From: Ylistrum balloti
Lineage: Eukaryota
Direction: 5' to 3'
Assembly: GCF_031769215.1 (NCBI RefSeq)
Contig: NW_026782978.1
Coordinates: 62,001-126,000 of the forward strand
Length of the DNA: 64,000 nucleotides
Shown here: positions 33,572 through 46,659 of the stretch, one piece after another
Layout: the number at the start of each line of letters is the position of its first letter
Position numbering within the stretch: position 1 is the first letter of the stretch
Notes under the pieces: generated by a model
The model's input: only the letters and a program-made list of their open reading frames with translations
Database searches by the model: none
Told to the model about the DNA's origin: nothing
Program-made: the position numbers and the translations under genes

Positions 33572-35314
33572 CTGCAATAAAATACTTACATTATATACAA
33601 ATATAATTAATGAAAGCATTAAAAAGCTTGCAAAAGATGTGTTTCAATGTCTTTCCCAAATATTGCCTTCATGATGTATGGTAAAAAGATTTCACAGGTA
33701 TACATGAGATGAACACTCAATGTTACCACCCCCACCCCCTCCCCAACCCCCGCAACAAAGAAAATATCCTTAAACATATATGAACAGCAACATTGAAGCA
33801 AAAATGGTACATTGTGAACATCATTTCAATGCCAGTATTTTAACTTGACTTGACTTTAACTAACTTGACTTTAACTTGACTTGACTTTAACTGACTTGGG
33901 GTGTTTAATCCAATTGCACTTTACATCAGTTGTACTTGCTCTTTTGTACCTAAAACACAATTTAAAAGTCATATATAAAAATATATCCTCATTTACAAAA
34001 AAAATAATAATAATAATAAAAAATCCCACTTTAATTACGGTCCCTGTCCCTTGACGCTCAATGCGACAAAGAACTAAACTTGCATGGCAGGATTCAGGTG
34101 ATTATATCATGAGCCTACAGGTAAGGGAAGTTAAACCAGGTTGGCTAATGAGAGCCAGTTACCTACAGGATCTAGCAAAGAGGGGAGCAATGCTCAACAT
34201 ACCAGATATAGTTGTGGATACGTTGCTGGCAATTGTAAGTGGATAGATATGTGTCCTGATTTTATGTTTATATTTAAATACTTGTAAACGCTCACTTTAT
34301 TGTCGTTTTTAGGTTGTGGATCTAGTTTTTACCTGTTATATATTGCAATAACATGGAAGTCATTTTCTTCCAAAACGGGGGAGAGTATGTTACAGGGTAT
34401 AATCTGTATATACTGTTATTTACTAATAGCTTATTACATATATAAACATAAGGGGGTTTATTAATGGTTAAATGTATTTTTGGTTTTGCATTTTAAGGTC
34501 AAGCCACCTTAATGTACAGTGTACCTATATATAGATGTATCATATGTTTTAGTGTTGTGTATTACGTCATGCCAATTAAGTATGCATGTTTTGACACCTG
34601 ACTGTGGACTGACCAATAACTTGTGTAGGTCGTGACCTTAGACAAGACTTGCTTTTTTACCTGTAACCATACCCGGGCACTTCCATGCGAGATACACGCA
34701 GCAACGGTTTATGTTACATTTATACTATACCTATGTCCCAAAGGGAATTGATAGAAAACCTCTGCACCGCAGTTGTAGTGTAAGTGTCTGTTGCATATAA
34801 CTAATTCTAGTTATTTAGTAATTAGTTTCAAATTATCTGTTTAATTACATATTTCACTATGCAGTTACGTTCTGTAGCCCACGTAGCCCGTTATTAATGA
34901 AATAAACTACTAGTCCGTATTGTTCTGGTCCGGTAAAGTTTAGTAGTTCAGAGCTCTAACTTTAACAGTTATTCAACATTTCTAATTATGTAATTTGCGC
35001 TATTTCGTAGGTTAACGGAAGTCTGTTATAAGACTTATTTCCCATGCTTAAACACGGTCAGTGCAGCTTTTCACAAAAAATCTTACGATTGATTTTACTC
35101 GTAAGTGAAAACTTACGATTTTGTTCCGTTTCACGAAAAAACTTACGAGAATCGTAAGTGAACAAATTATCATAACTTTACGAGTGCTTGACCCCTATCG
35201 TAAGTTTCATCGTAAGAGTAAAACTTTGTCGTAAGAGTAAAACTTTGTCGTAAGAGTAAAACTTTGTCGTAAGTGTAAAACTTTGAAAAATTGTCGTAAG
35301 AAAAGCAAACAAAC

Positions 35315-38300
35315 ATGGCTGCGGCATTAGTATTATTATTTGAGAATGACAGAGCGATGCGACGAGAGAGAGTTTTTCGCAATAGGTTGAACATTCTAGA
35401 TACTCTTACTGACGGCGAATTGATAGCAAGGTATCGATTTCCGAGGACAAGTATCCTGGAGATGTTAGAAAGCATACGCGATGTGGTGGAACGTCCAACG
35501 TCAAGATCATATGCGATTCCACCACACACACAAGTAAGTGTTTACAATGTGACAGTTGATTCAAGCAATTGAGGTTAAAAAGAATAGTCGTTCTGTCTTC
35601 CTTTCAAGGGAGATCATTCTTGAACTTCTAGTCTTGCTAGAGTTATCATTATTCATATCTCTATTTCCTATCAGTTTCATTTCAAAACTTATGTGAAATG
35701 CATGTAGCCGATAATTTTCTCTGAAAAGGACAATGATATTGGTATCATATACTGTCACTCAAGAGTTAAAGTAATGTTTTCTTTTATCAAACTAGTCCAG
35801 TCTTTAAGTGACTTAACATTCACTATTTTGGAGCATGGGGTGGGGTAATAAAGCAAAACAAAAAAAAAAAATGCTATTTTATGTTAAAACTTTTATCATT
35901 GGTACTGTATATTGTTATGAATTCATTGGATGTCAAAACAAGAGGCACAATGATATGCACTCTCCTGTATACATATGCCAGCAATCATGAAAATAATATT
36001 TATGGGTGCCATTTCAGTATTTATTACCTATTTTCTGCAATCAAAAATTCATCAAATAATTAAACCTCAGTTTTTTTTTCATTGAATTTTTTAATTAGGA
36101 ATTCAGAAATTCATTGCCTGAAAATTTTGTGACTATAATTTTTGATATCAGAAATATTTTATTTATTTACAAAATTCGAAATGATTTCTTGATATGAGAA
36201 ATATTTTTTGACATAATTATGCTTTTAGATATTTAAAAAAAAACTTTTGATATAAAAAATGATTTTTCTTTTTGATACCAAAATTAGTGAAATAAAAAAA
36301 AAATCCTGATATGAGATATTCCTATTTCCTGATATCTAAAAGTTGAATTATTGATTAGAAAAAAGAGGTTATTTTTTCATATAAAAAAATGCCCCTTTTT
36401 TGAAAAGAAAACTGAATTTTACAAAACAATACTACAAACACCCCCGGATAATTCCAAATTATGTTCTGTCAGCAACACCCTTACATCAGTGGGTCAAATT
36501 CCAACACCTCCATGCACTGGGATTAAGGGTCATAGTTTTGTGGAATAAAAATAAATCTATATTGGCATATCAGCTTTTAATTAGATCCAAATGCCATTAA
36601 TTGCTTTCATTTGGATTTTCATTATTATCTATTATTGTATATTCTTATCATCAGATAAATATAAGTAATTATTTTCCTACCTACACTGGCTACTATATTT
36701 TTAGAGCCCCCCCCCCCCCCCCCCCCCACCAAAAAAAATACACCTGAAATCCTTTTTGAATTTAGATAAATTAAAATTTATGTTGATTATATACATTTTC
36801 TGAATTTCAGTTTTCAATATTATTTTAAAATTATTTTAGATAATGACAGCTTTGCGCTTTTTGGCAAAGGGAGAGTTCCTGTCTGAGGTTGGTGACCTTC
36901 ATGGAATATCCATAGCATCAGTATCCAGGATCATCTATTCTGTTTGTTCAGCTCTTTGTGATAAACTTGACAACATCAAATTTCCAACATCAAATGATGA
37001 TCTGAACAGAGTCAAAGATGAATTTTATAAAATAGCCAGCTTCCCTAATGTTGTGGGGTCCATTGATGGTACGCTGATACCTATCCAAGGAATGTCTGGG
37101 GAAGAAGAACCAAACTTATCTGTCGTAAAGGATTCCCAGCTATCAATGTGCAGGGAGTTGTGGATGCCAATCTTCTGTAAGTTGTTTTTTGGTCACCTGA
37201 GATGAAATCACCCTATGTCCAGTGTCCGACTGTTGTGCATCATAAACTTTCAACATTTTATACTTCTTCTCAAAAAACATTGCACCAATTTTGATTAAAT
37301 ATTACAAAAACCTTCCTTAGGCAAAGGTCCACCAAAATTGGGAATTATATGCTCCTCATCCCACAGATATTCAGTAGTGGGGACTAAAGGGGTAAAGTTT
37401 GACCATACATGCATTTGATTTAGTAATACACTGTATTAAATTTAGTACTTTTTTTACAGTTTTACCAACATTGTGGTTAAGTGGCCTGGAGCAACCCATG
37501 ACGCTTTCATTTTATCAAACTCTGGTCTACAAAATATAATGGAAAACATGAATGGTTGGCTCTTGGGAGACTCAGGGTATCCCTTAAAAAGATGGTTGTT
37601 GACTCCATTTGGTGCCCCAGGGAATCCACAGGAAGAGAGATACAACAAAGCTCACTGCTCTACTAGGAACACTGTGGAGAGAGCCTTTGGAGTGCTTAAG
37701 AGCAGGTTCAGGTATATTCAGGATAAGAAATACAATTCTATGGAATAAATTATGCAAAAAAATAATGGTTAAGTGTCAGGGAGCTAATGTCGTGGTGCAG
37801 CATCTGTCCAACTTTTCCATTCAAATGATTTCTTCTCAATTACCTAAAGATATTGGGTGTGTGTTACAGTAAGCTGGTATAAAGGGTTACCAGGTTTGCT
37901 CAAATGAATGACCTTTGCCCACTTTCAAGGTCACATAGGTCAAATGTGTGTGAAATCTTAAAAACTTTGATAACAGAGTGAAGTTTATCCAGTACATTCA
38001 AGTTACTCTACACTCTTAACAAAAAGGTTTCCTTTTGAGCAGATGAGCGATACAGACCCATTGAGCCTCTTTTCCTTTGTGTCCTTTATTGCTTTGAAGA
38101 ATGTTCAGCTGTACAATGATTTTAAACTTCTTTAAAGCAAGATAGCATTAAATGATTCACCATAAGTCATACTTTTCATACCCGTAAGAAAATGATATTT
38201 TTTTTCACAGATGTTTGCACAAAACAGGAGGATGCCTGCAATTTAAGCCAGCAAAGAGCATCAGGATCATTGAGTGCTGCTTTAGACTGCACAATAAAGC

Positions 38301-38428
38301 CATCAACGAAAGAATCCCTTTGGGTGCAGATGGGCCAGTAGTACACCTGTACAACAACAACATTGCATACCCAAGGAAGGGAAAATGATGGGTTAACAAC
38401 ACGACAAAGACTTCTTCAGAGATTTTGA
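35315..38428 (+). pseudogene. Harbinger/HARBI1-like DDE transposase; exons 35315-35533, 36840-~37176, 37461-37711 and 38211-38428; frameshifted
   Basis: RYRFPR, TALRFLAKG, VVGSIDGTLIPI, RKGFPAINVQGVVDA, WPGATHDAF, LLGDSGYPL, RNTVERAFGVLKSRFR and CLHKTGG..LHN motifs. Confidence 0.9.
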
Positions 38429-38869
38429 AGAATATCTGCCAAAGTTAAGTCAAAGTTTAAAACAAATGATTTTTTTGTTTGTGTTTTTATTTCATTACCG
38501 CCCCCCCCCCCCACAAAAAAAAAAAGATACACATTTTCAAAATCTCACATCCATTTATTTATTTAAACTAAAACTTTATTATCATCACCATCATCTCACA
38601 GTAGAATCACATTCCAATCAAATGAATATAGCTGTACATAATGACATATTTCATTTAATGACATATTTACAATACTGGTATGTCTAGAAGTATTTCATTC
38701 TCACTGCATCCATCATCAATTTATACACACATACATTCATCAACAAATAAACACATTGATGTGGAAAAGGTAACTGGTTTACTCTTTGTATTGTTTATAC
38801 AATCATGAAAAAAACTTTTGAACCCCATCCCGTAGCCCCCTCCACCCCACCCCCACCCCCACCCCATGT

Positions 38870-39160
38870 CAGCCTGACAATTTGTACATTTTGAATCCCC
38901 ACCTCTTGAGGATGCTTCTATTAAATATGATTGGTAGTCTTATTTTAGTTCCAGAGAAGAAGATACTTAAGGCAATTTGGCCGAATTACCAATTTCGGGC
39001 CCCGTTCCACCACCCAAGTATGTTTCCAGCCAAATTTGATAAAATTCCACTCAGTAATTTATAAAAGGTTGATTAAAGAAATTGTTGACGGATGGATGGA
39101 TGCCAGACTCCACAGTAAGGCTATAGCTCACCTCGGTCCTTTGGACCAGGTGAGCTAAAA
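38870..39160 (+). mobile_element. HINE/Helentron-like non-autonomous repeat (approximate ends)
   Basis: GACGGATGGATGGA core and a terminal hairpin AGCTCACCT..AGGTGAGCT followed by AAAA. Confidence 0.55.
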
Positions 39161-40022
39161 ATTATATACTGAAATAAGCAAAGGACAATTGTTTTTGCAA
39201 AACCTTTTTTTCCGGAAGAGATAACTTCATATCATGGTTATAATTTGATTTACAGGTTTCAGAGATCAGTTGATACTCCTATTAAATTGGATGGCCATAT
39301 AAAACAAGAGCTGTTGCACAATGGAAAATAACTCCATCAAAAAGAGATGAATCTGAATTAATTACTGTGGACAGATTCCATTATAACCCCCCCCCCCCCC
39401 AAACTCCAAAATTGTATTTTGGAAAGGGCTAATGTACACAGAAATAACTTGCAAATATTTGCAATAAAATATGTTAATTCAAAATTCAGAGATCAATGAG
39501 AGATCTTGTTCTTAAAAAATATTTTTTCTTTTTTCTCTTCTTTCCTTAAATAGCAGTTATCTAATTCTCTTATCTAAGATATGGTTTCCTGTCAGCCACC
39601 ATAATTGTTTTCTTTTAACATTCTTTCAATTGGATAATTCACATGAATTTTGAAAAGGATACATCCGGTACTTTCCAGTAGTGGTAACATACTAATAATG
39701 TCAAAATCCAAGATGGCCACCTGTCCGCCATCCTGTTATTGTATCTGTCCAAAAAGGTACAATGTACAACTAATATCCAAGAAGAACCTACATATGAAAA
39801 CTGAGATCCCAGAAATAGCAATAACAAACTTTTACTTTCAAAATTCAATATGGCTTGCTGTCAGCAAAAAAGTAAAATGCACATCTAAAGACCAAGGGGA
39901 ACCTGCATATGAATTTGAGAAAGATTCAAGTCGAAATAGTGGTAGCAGGAATTACTTAAGGACTTATGGACAATCGACCATGGATGTAAGGCAATCTGCT
40001 AAGAAATACTATAAAAATTTTC

Positions 40023-43000
40023 TCATTTGCCAAAACCAATAACAGGGGAAACTGAAAATGGGGACATGGATGATTGAAAATCAAATGACTGTCCAGGCTG
40101 AATTTTCACAGCTAGTAATTCAAGTGCAGTTGTAGATTTCCTCTGTAGCTGTAGCATCTCCTCCTGCTGCTCCAGTAATTTCTCCTGCAGTTTGATTTTC
40201 TTTTCTTTATACTCTTTCAAATATTTGAACTTCTCTTTCTCAAGAAGATAAAAATCTTCTTGCAAGTTACCTGTACTTTCAGTGTCACCTGTAAATATAG
40301 TTGTTAATTTCATTGTACTTATTACTCTTATTCTGATATATACATTTAAATCTGTAGAGATGTTATAGTAGCTTACCTAGACAAATGTTGGCGTCAAACT
40401 ACTCCATATTGACAAAATACAACAAGCATACTGAGTATTGCTGAAGCAATACATGTCCCCTACCGGCCCCCCAAAATTCTTTAGATACAATTTTCCAAAA
40501 ATAGTAAGTGACCTTGACCCCATGACTTTGAAACTCAAACTTGTCCAAGATATTTCAATTCTGTACATGTGTGTGAAGTTTGATGGAAATCCATATAAGA
40601 ACAATGCCACTAGAGTGCTGACAAGCTTCAGCGGACAGACAAGACAGTCAGACGGATGGATAGCGAGGAAAACTATAGCCCCCCCACTCCAGTTTCACCT
40701 GTAGGAGACTAATAATTGAACAATGCCCAACCCCCTCCAGTTTCACTAGTAGGGGACTAATAATTAAACAATGGAAGTATGTTACAAAAATATCAATGTA
40801 GAAAAAGGCAGAAAAAAATTAATACGTTTTACTGCTTCTTTGGAACTACATTTCCAATCAGCAATCATTAAGAATCATGGCTGCATATACAGAGATATAC
40901 ACAATCCAAGCTCTCTAACCTTTAAGAATGTATAGGCATACTATACTTACATAGAGATCTTTTCTATTCTTCTTGAAATGAAGAATTTGCTTGGTTTTAG
41001 TTGAAGCGTCTTCCACTGAAATGATTTTTTTGCAATTAAATATTAAATATTATAAACACAATCTTAGATAAGAACTGTTAAAGACACTGTCTTGTCTCGA
41101 GATGTGTCTGAGTGTTATATAAGTTTTATTGTTTAAAGACAAAAGGGAAATCAAAGTCTAGAACTTAGAAACATATCCATCAACATATTATTGTCCTACA
41201 CACTTTATAGTCAGTACTGGTAAGAGGGAATAGTTACACTTATAGTGTACTTGAACCCTGTCAGCTTAACAAGAACTGTTCTCTTGGCTAACAGTGTTGT
41301 GGTCTTTTTGCAATTACACTGACCTTGACCCAATGACCTTTTTAACCCCTACTGAGTCTACATATAAATGTACCGCAGCATACATGTATATGTATGGCCA
41401 TGTTGGACAGATGGGCACTCTGCTTATTTTAGGACACCCAAAACTCGAATGTAAGAGACCAGTTTAGCTTCAACAAAAGCCTGCTGACTGATTAGAAAGA
41501 GTAGAAAAGATGACAACAATATGTCTAACAATGGAGAAAAAGAGATTTTAAGTTATTAAGTTCCCTAGAAAGCTAAAAAGCAGGCTTTGTTACCTGAGCA
41601 ATTGCTCACTGATGCTTCTTCTGCTGTACATGTAGTTACATGTATGTTGGAGCTTGTGCTTGAATTATCTGAAGGAAATAAATACATTTAAAGATTACTC
41701 ATCATCATCATCATCATCATCAATACCATTCCCTACCACTGCAGTCAGTGACTGCAGTGAATGTGATAAAATGGATTTTTGTTTCTTGATGATGCAATAC
41801 AAACGTTATAAAAAGTGTTGTCTCTTTTAGAGAGTATATGTATTTGAAAATGTAAACAAGTAGTAGTATTATTATAAACATGCACTTGAAATAGCAAACT
41901 TGTACAGATAACCTTTAATAATAATATAAATTTAACACAAACTTTATTTATTTATCAAAGTTGTGAAACAAGTTTTCAACTTTAATCACTCTTGTTGGCC
42001 TAGATGGAAGCCCCCAATGGTCTTACTCTGGGGGAAATCGGAGTACCCGGGGAAAACCCTCATGGCAAGGCAGGTGATTCACGTCCATCCTGGGAATCAA
42101 ACCTGGGACGCCTAGGTGAAAGGCGAGTGTGTTACCACTGCACCACCCGACCACCCTTACAGATTCATTATCTTTTATTTATAAGTCAATTATTCAATGA
42201 TTCTCATTAAAGCAATCCAAACTTTAAGCAAATAATAACCAAAATAAATCATTTTAAGTTTAAAGAATCTAATACCTGGTAAGACAGATTTATATTGAAT
42301 ATTGATGGCAGATTTATTTACCAACGAAAAGGTGTTGTAATAAGTAATCTATAAACATTATATACCTGGTATAAAGGAAGTCTGACGTGTAGCTCCACTA
42401 GCCTCCAGCATAGATGAGCCCTCTAAAGGAAAGAAATATTATTAGGAAACAGAACACATGTAACACACTAAGAGATTCCAGGGGCATCATCGGACGGAAC
42501 TCTCCATTGTACCATCGTCATTAGTACATATGTACCTTGGCAGTTCAATCTTTCCCTTCTGTAATCTGTTTGCATTGATGCTACTTCAAATCCAAATGTA
42601 ATACTACTGTATTTAAAGAAAAAAAAATTAAAATGAGTTTGTCATTTCATTTATGCACTTCAACAGTACCAGAGGTGAAAGGAATATAGAGTTAAGTAAT
42701 GTTTTTTTCCAATGGTACAAAGGATTGTAAACATTCAAACCATAAAGGTTTAAAAATGTGCACAAATATCTCAATCACCAGATAGTAAGTTTTAACACAA
42801 GAGATGGATGTTTGCTGGTCCCATACCTTTCTCCAATACACTGAGACTTGACTGAGAAGTATCTACTCCTCCAGAAACCCCTTCCAACGCGCTCCTTGTG
42901 AATGTTCCAATAATCTATTTAAAGACATATACATGTATAAATTATTGATTTTTATCCATATTGCCAACACTTAGAAAATAAATATTTTGAATCCATTTTT

Positions 43001-44340
43001 TTTAGCAGAATCTAAGTATACTTTTCCCTTAACCTACATGATCCAAAAATGATTTTTATGGGTTCACTGGGTTGTAATATTACATGTAGGTTTTTAATAT
43101 TAATAAAGTCATGTTTGTCAATGGTTACTTAAGTCGAACAGACAAATTTACCCACAAGTTTCTCCCATGGCTTTGCATCATCTTCATATAAAGCCGGTCC
43201 ACCACCAGTGGCTTGTCTGTCACGCACTCTCTGCGCCTCTTTTTTTTTAGTTAAACTGCAGAGATCCTGCCATTTTTTTTCACTTCTGTGACGTCTCTGG
43301 TTGTCTGAGAACTGTTTGTGGCATTAACTCTGAAACAGGAAACAGTACATCAATATTTAAACATAACTCCAAAATATTACAAACTGTAAATGTTACAAAA
43401 TAAATCTACATTTTCAGGATCATAATCAATTTTAATATTTCTTAAAGATAAATAAATTGAGAAAAAAAATGGGAACGCATCTGTTATATAGGTCGTCTTT
43501 TTTAAAAAAAATTTAATATTGGGGACTCTGCCCCCCAGCCCCCCATTTTTGTTTCCTAGAATAACTGTAGAAACCTTAATAGCATACTTAACAGAAGTCA
43601 AACTTATCTTAAATTTAGCATAAAATTGTAAATAAAATGACTTCTTGGGACCTGCATTGTATGTACGTAACAGATTATACCCAAAAAATGAATAAAAAAA
43701 AAAAATTGATTCCAGATAAAAAGTGATATCCCTAAAAACTCTTAATCTTCCTTGTAATGGTTGATTTTTCAACATCTCCTTCTCTTTAGTTTGGTGGAAA
43801 AAAAAAAATGTTATTCACAAATGTATCAACATACATTGAATGTACACGACTGTATAAGTAATTAAAAATAATGGGGATGGGTCTTAGCCTTATGAAGTAT
43901 TTCTGTACTTTTTTGCTAGATACAATGTAGGTCAATTTTGCCTAAGTCGGCCACATTATGCTAACGTTAGTCCTGTAATGATTTAGGTTGAATCACTACA
44001 GTGTAATGAATCCTGTGCCTGCAATGTACATTAAACGCAGGGTAGCTCAAAGTATCGGACTCCATTGGTTTCTGCCCTACATATATCTTAACATCAGAAT
44101 AAGATTGTCAACTGAACTCTACCGCCACACGTCATTTCGGACAATTAGCTGTCAAAATGCAGTCACTTGCCATGATGTGATATCTAGCCAGCATTTGGTT
44201 TTCATAGTGTTGGTCAATGCCGGGGAAAATTTCCCCTTCACTATCCTAATGTTGATGGCTGCTGCATTAGCTAACGCCTCGATTTCCTCCGAACTCCAAT
44301 TTGGCTTCCTCTTCTGTATGTCTGTCGAATTCGAAGCCAT
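40023..44340 (-). CDS. Harbinger Myb/SANT-like (trihelix) DNA-binding protein, multi-exon, possibly defective
   Basis: RKPNWSSEEIEAL..KGKFS..TN..K..W (exon 1), RDVTEVKKKWQDL....K......ATGGGP (about 43150-43330), several short low-complexity exons, and a coiled-coil last exon at 40023-40290. Confidence 0.8.
40380..40715 (+). mobile_element. HINE/Helentron-like non-autonomous repeat (approximate ends)
   Basis: TGACCTTGACC motif, a GGACAGACAAGACAGTCAGACGGA core and a short terminal palindrome. The end segment is locally duplicated at about 40730-40760. Confidence 0.5.
41940..42156 (-). mobile_element. tRNA-derived SINE with a V-domain-like core
   Basis: The minus strand shows an A-box TGGTGCAGTGG, a B-box GGTTTGATTCCC, the motif GGTTTTCCCCGGGTACTCCGATTTCCCCC and an A-rich tail. 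Confidence 0.75.
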
Positions 44341-44851
44341 TGTTTTTAGCAGACGAGAGATGAAGACGAAAGTGAAACCGCAAACGCGTGTTGCGACTGC
44401 ACAGGCTGCAATTAGGTCGTTGTCAGGGAAGCTTTTTCCTTGTAAGTCAAATCGTAAGTGCGCTCGTAAACAAAAATCGTAAGATTTGTCGTACGAATAT
44501 ATTTTCACTTAGGATCACTTTCGTGAAACGGACTTACGATTTCACTTACGATAATCGTAACTTTAACTCTTACGACAAATCGTAAGATTTTTTTGTGAAA
44601 AGATCTACAGGTCTATAGTATATACATGTTTGTGTCGGAGAGCAAGAGGTTATAGTCTTTTTGTGTTTTACCTTGCAGGGTTTTGTTTCTATTACCCATC
44701 ATGGGAAATAAAATTGCTGTGAGAACCCACCCAGTGGTCCTTGTGTTCTTTAGCTTGTAACCAAGAACTGTAACAATTATCAACATTATTGTCACACACT
44801 GAATTTACCTAGTCTTTATTAACTTATCTATTCTTCTAAGCATATGCTTAC

Positions 44852-45540
44852 CCATACCACAATGCAGCTGCTACATGATGGCATTTATATTTCCCCATCG
44901 GGCATTGACATGATGTTGCCTTAACTGCACCATTGTCTTCATCATCAAGGAAGATCTACAAGGGGAAATATTGAACTAATTATAAACATTAAAACTGGTT
45001 ATACAGTTTTTATTAAAAGTTCTATGTGTCAAAAAAAAAAAAAAAAAACTGGTGATGAAAAATATTTGTCAAAACACACTGACCAATTACTATTGAACCG
45101 ATATAAATATGTTTTTCTGCCTACAGGAACTACTGTATATGTGCATGTAGTACTGATCAGCAGATTAATAACCTAATAACATGTATCGGTGAATATATTC
45201 CTGTTTAGAGTTCCAGAAGGCGATAAAGAAATCACATCTGCCAGTCTGAATTCTAAGTCAGATGTGAAAGAAGTTACATAAAACACCAATACTTATCGGA
45301 TATATAGTTTTTGCAAACTCTAAACAAAACAGCATAAATCGTCAATTTGAAAAAAATATTACCAACTCACCTGAACACTGTATGAGACGTCTTTCATTGA
45401 TGCTTGCACGTATGCTGATACCACTCGCATCTCATCTATTACGAAATGAAGCAAGCTGCCACTTTCGACAGATGCTTCGCTTTTCCGAGTTTACTCTGGT
45501 CATTCACATAGTTGGCCAAGTACGAAATCGAAAGTGCCAT
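44852..45540 (-). pseudogene. Probable 5-prime exons of the same SWIM-YqaJ gene (exons 45371-45540 and 44852-44955)
   Basis: Exon 1 reads ...VSAYVQASMKDVSYSVQ (one frameshift). Exon 2 reads IFLDDEDNGAVKATSCQCPMGKYKCHHVAAAL (SWIM CxC..CxH). Both have canonical GT/AG borders. Confidence 0.65.
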
Positions 45541-46659
45541 TGTTGTTGTTATGGTATTGTTGTACACGGAAGTGCAAAAATCTCGTAAAATCTCGCAGAT
45601 CATGTGACGTGACTTACGTACCCTATAAAAAACGCAGCAAAAGCAATATATCTCCTTTAGTATAGTATAGTATAGTAGTGTTTCCGGTACAGGAACACAC
45701 AGTGTTCCTCTTCACCAGACTCAAAAATTATATTAATGTGGTTAAATAAAAAGAGGTGGAGGAGTCCAACGTCCTGTGAGTGGTACTAGTTGATAGATGT
45801 ATCGGTAGAAGAGTCCTAAGTGGATCCGAAGGTTTCTAGCAGAGCTCCATAGACGATAGGTACTAACCAATATACTATATGGCCGATCCTTCAACAACGA
45901 ACATTACCAACCTGTTCTAGATACTGTGTATTGAAATAGAAACATATCCTACGAAAAGAACCAGAATGGATTCCCTTCCAACCCACTCGGAAGAGAACGA
46001 GAGCTTCCAGCAATGCAGATATCAGCTCAGCTATTCCAGATTAAAGTAAATGTCACACACTTTCGGACTTGTAGCCAGTGTAGTAGGCAAACCAAAAGAA
46101 CGTTGGTATACTTTACCATAGCATGACATGGATGAACTGTTTTTTAATTAACATTTACTTTTCATCATCAATATTTATTGACACTGCCATCCAATGACGT
46201 CTAGTCTAGCTGGTCTCAAAGCATCAATGATACCTTTAGAACTTCCAATTTACATTTGAAAACCGTTACAGATGTCAGGAATTAGGCTCTGGGTAGTGAG
46301 CGGGAATATACATAAATTGTCATAATACAACCATCCTCTTCAACTCTTCTTCCTTTTCCTCCTCCTAACACATGAGAGTTACAGTAAACAAGGGAAGCAA
46401 TCATGTAATACAGTTATCGAAGTTACCTCCCCTTTGACCATCTGTGGATGGTTTACATACAGCTACCTATATGTGTATACATAACTCAAACATTTCAATT
46501 ACTTTATAAACAGCATTGCTGTACCACTTTTGTATTTTACATAAACTATGCTACCTTTGTTTCTTTACTTTATATATTGTAACGAACTGTATTGTTATCA
46601 TCACGTGATCAAGACAATGCGTTATTACGTCACGGCTGAAACGTAATTTTAAGCTTAGC

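Larger units (their letters stand above)
35067..44602. mobile_element. PIF/Harbinger transposon of about 9.5 kb with convergent transposase and Myb/SANT genes; outermost bases and TSD unresolved
   Basis: TIR cores CTTTTCACAAAAAATCTTACGATT (35067-35090) and AATCGTAAGATTTTTTTGTGAAAAG (44578-44602), subterminal TCGTAAG arrays, and the two-gene architecture. Confidence 0.88.

Noticed and set aside
34040-34250. Coding-looking segment between the YqaJ exons and the Harbinger
   Set aside because: No frame on either strand gave a recognisable motif.
27721-45625. Possible ISL2EU termini (GGTAGCGTAAGT at 27721 versus GTGACTTACGTACCC near 45610)
   Set aside because: The match is too short and imperfect, and no TSD was found.
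45660-46300. (TATAG)n tract and adjacent sequence as the 3-prime tail of the CR1 element
   Set aside because: The intervening sequence does not continue the RT frame convincingly, so the link is unproven.
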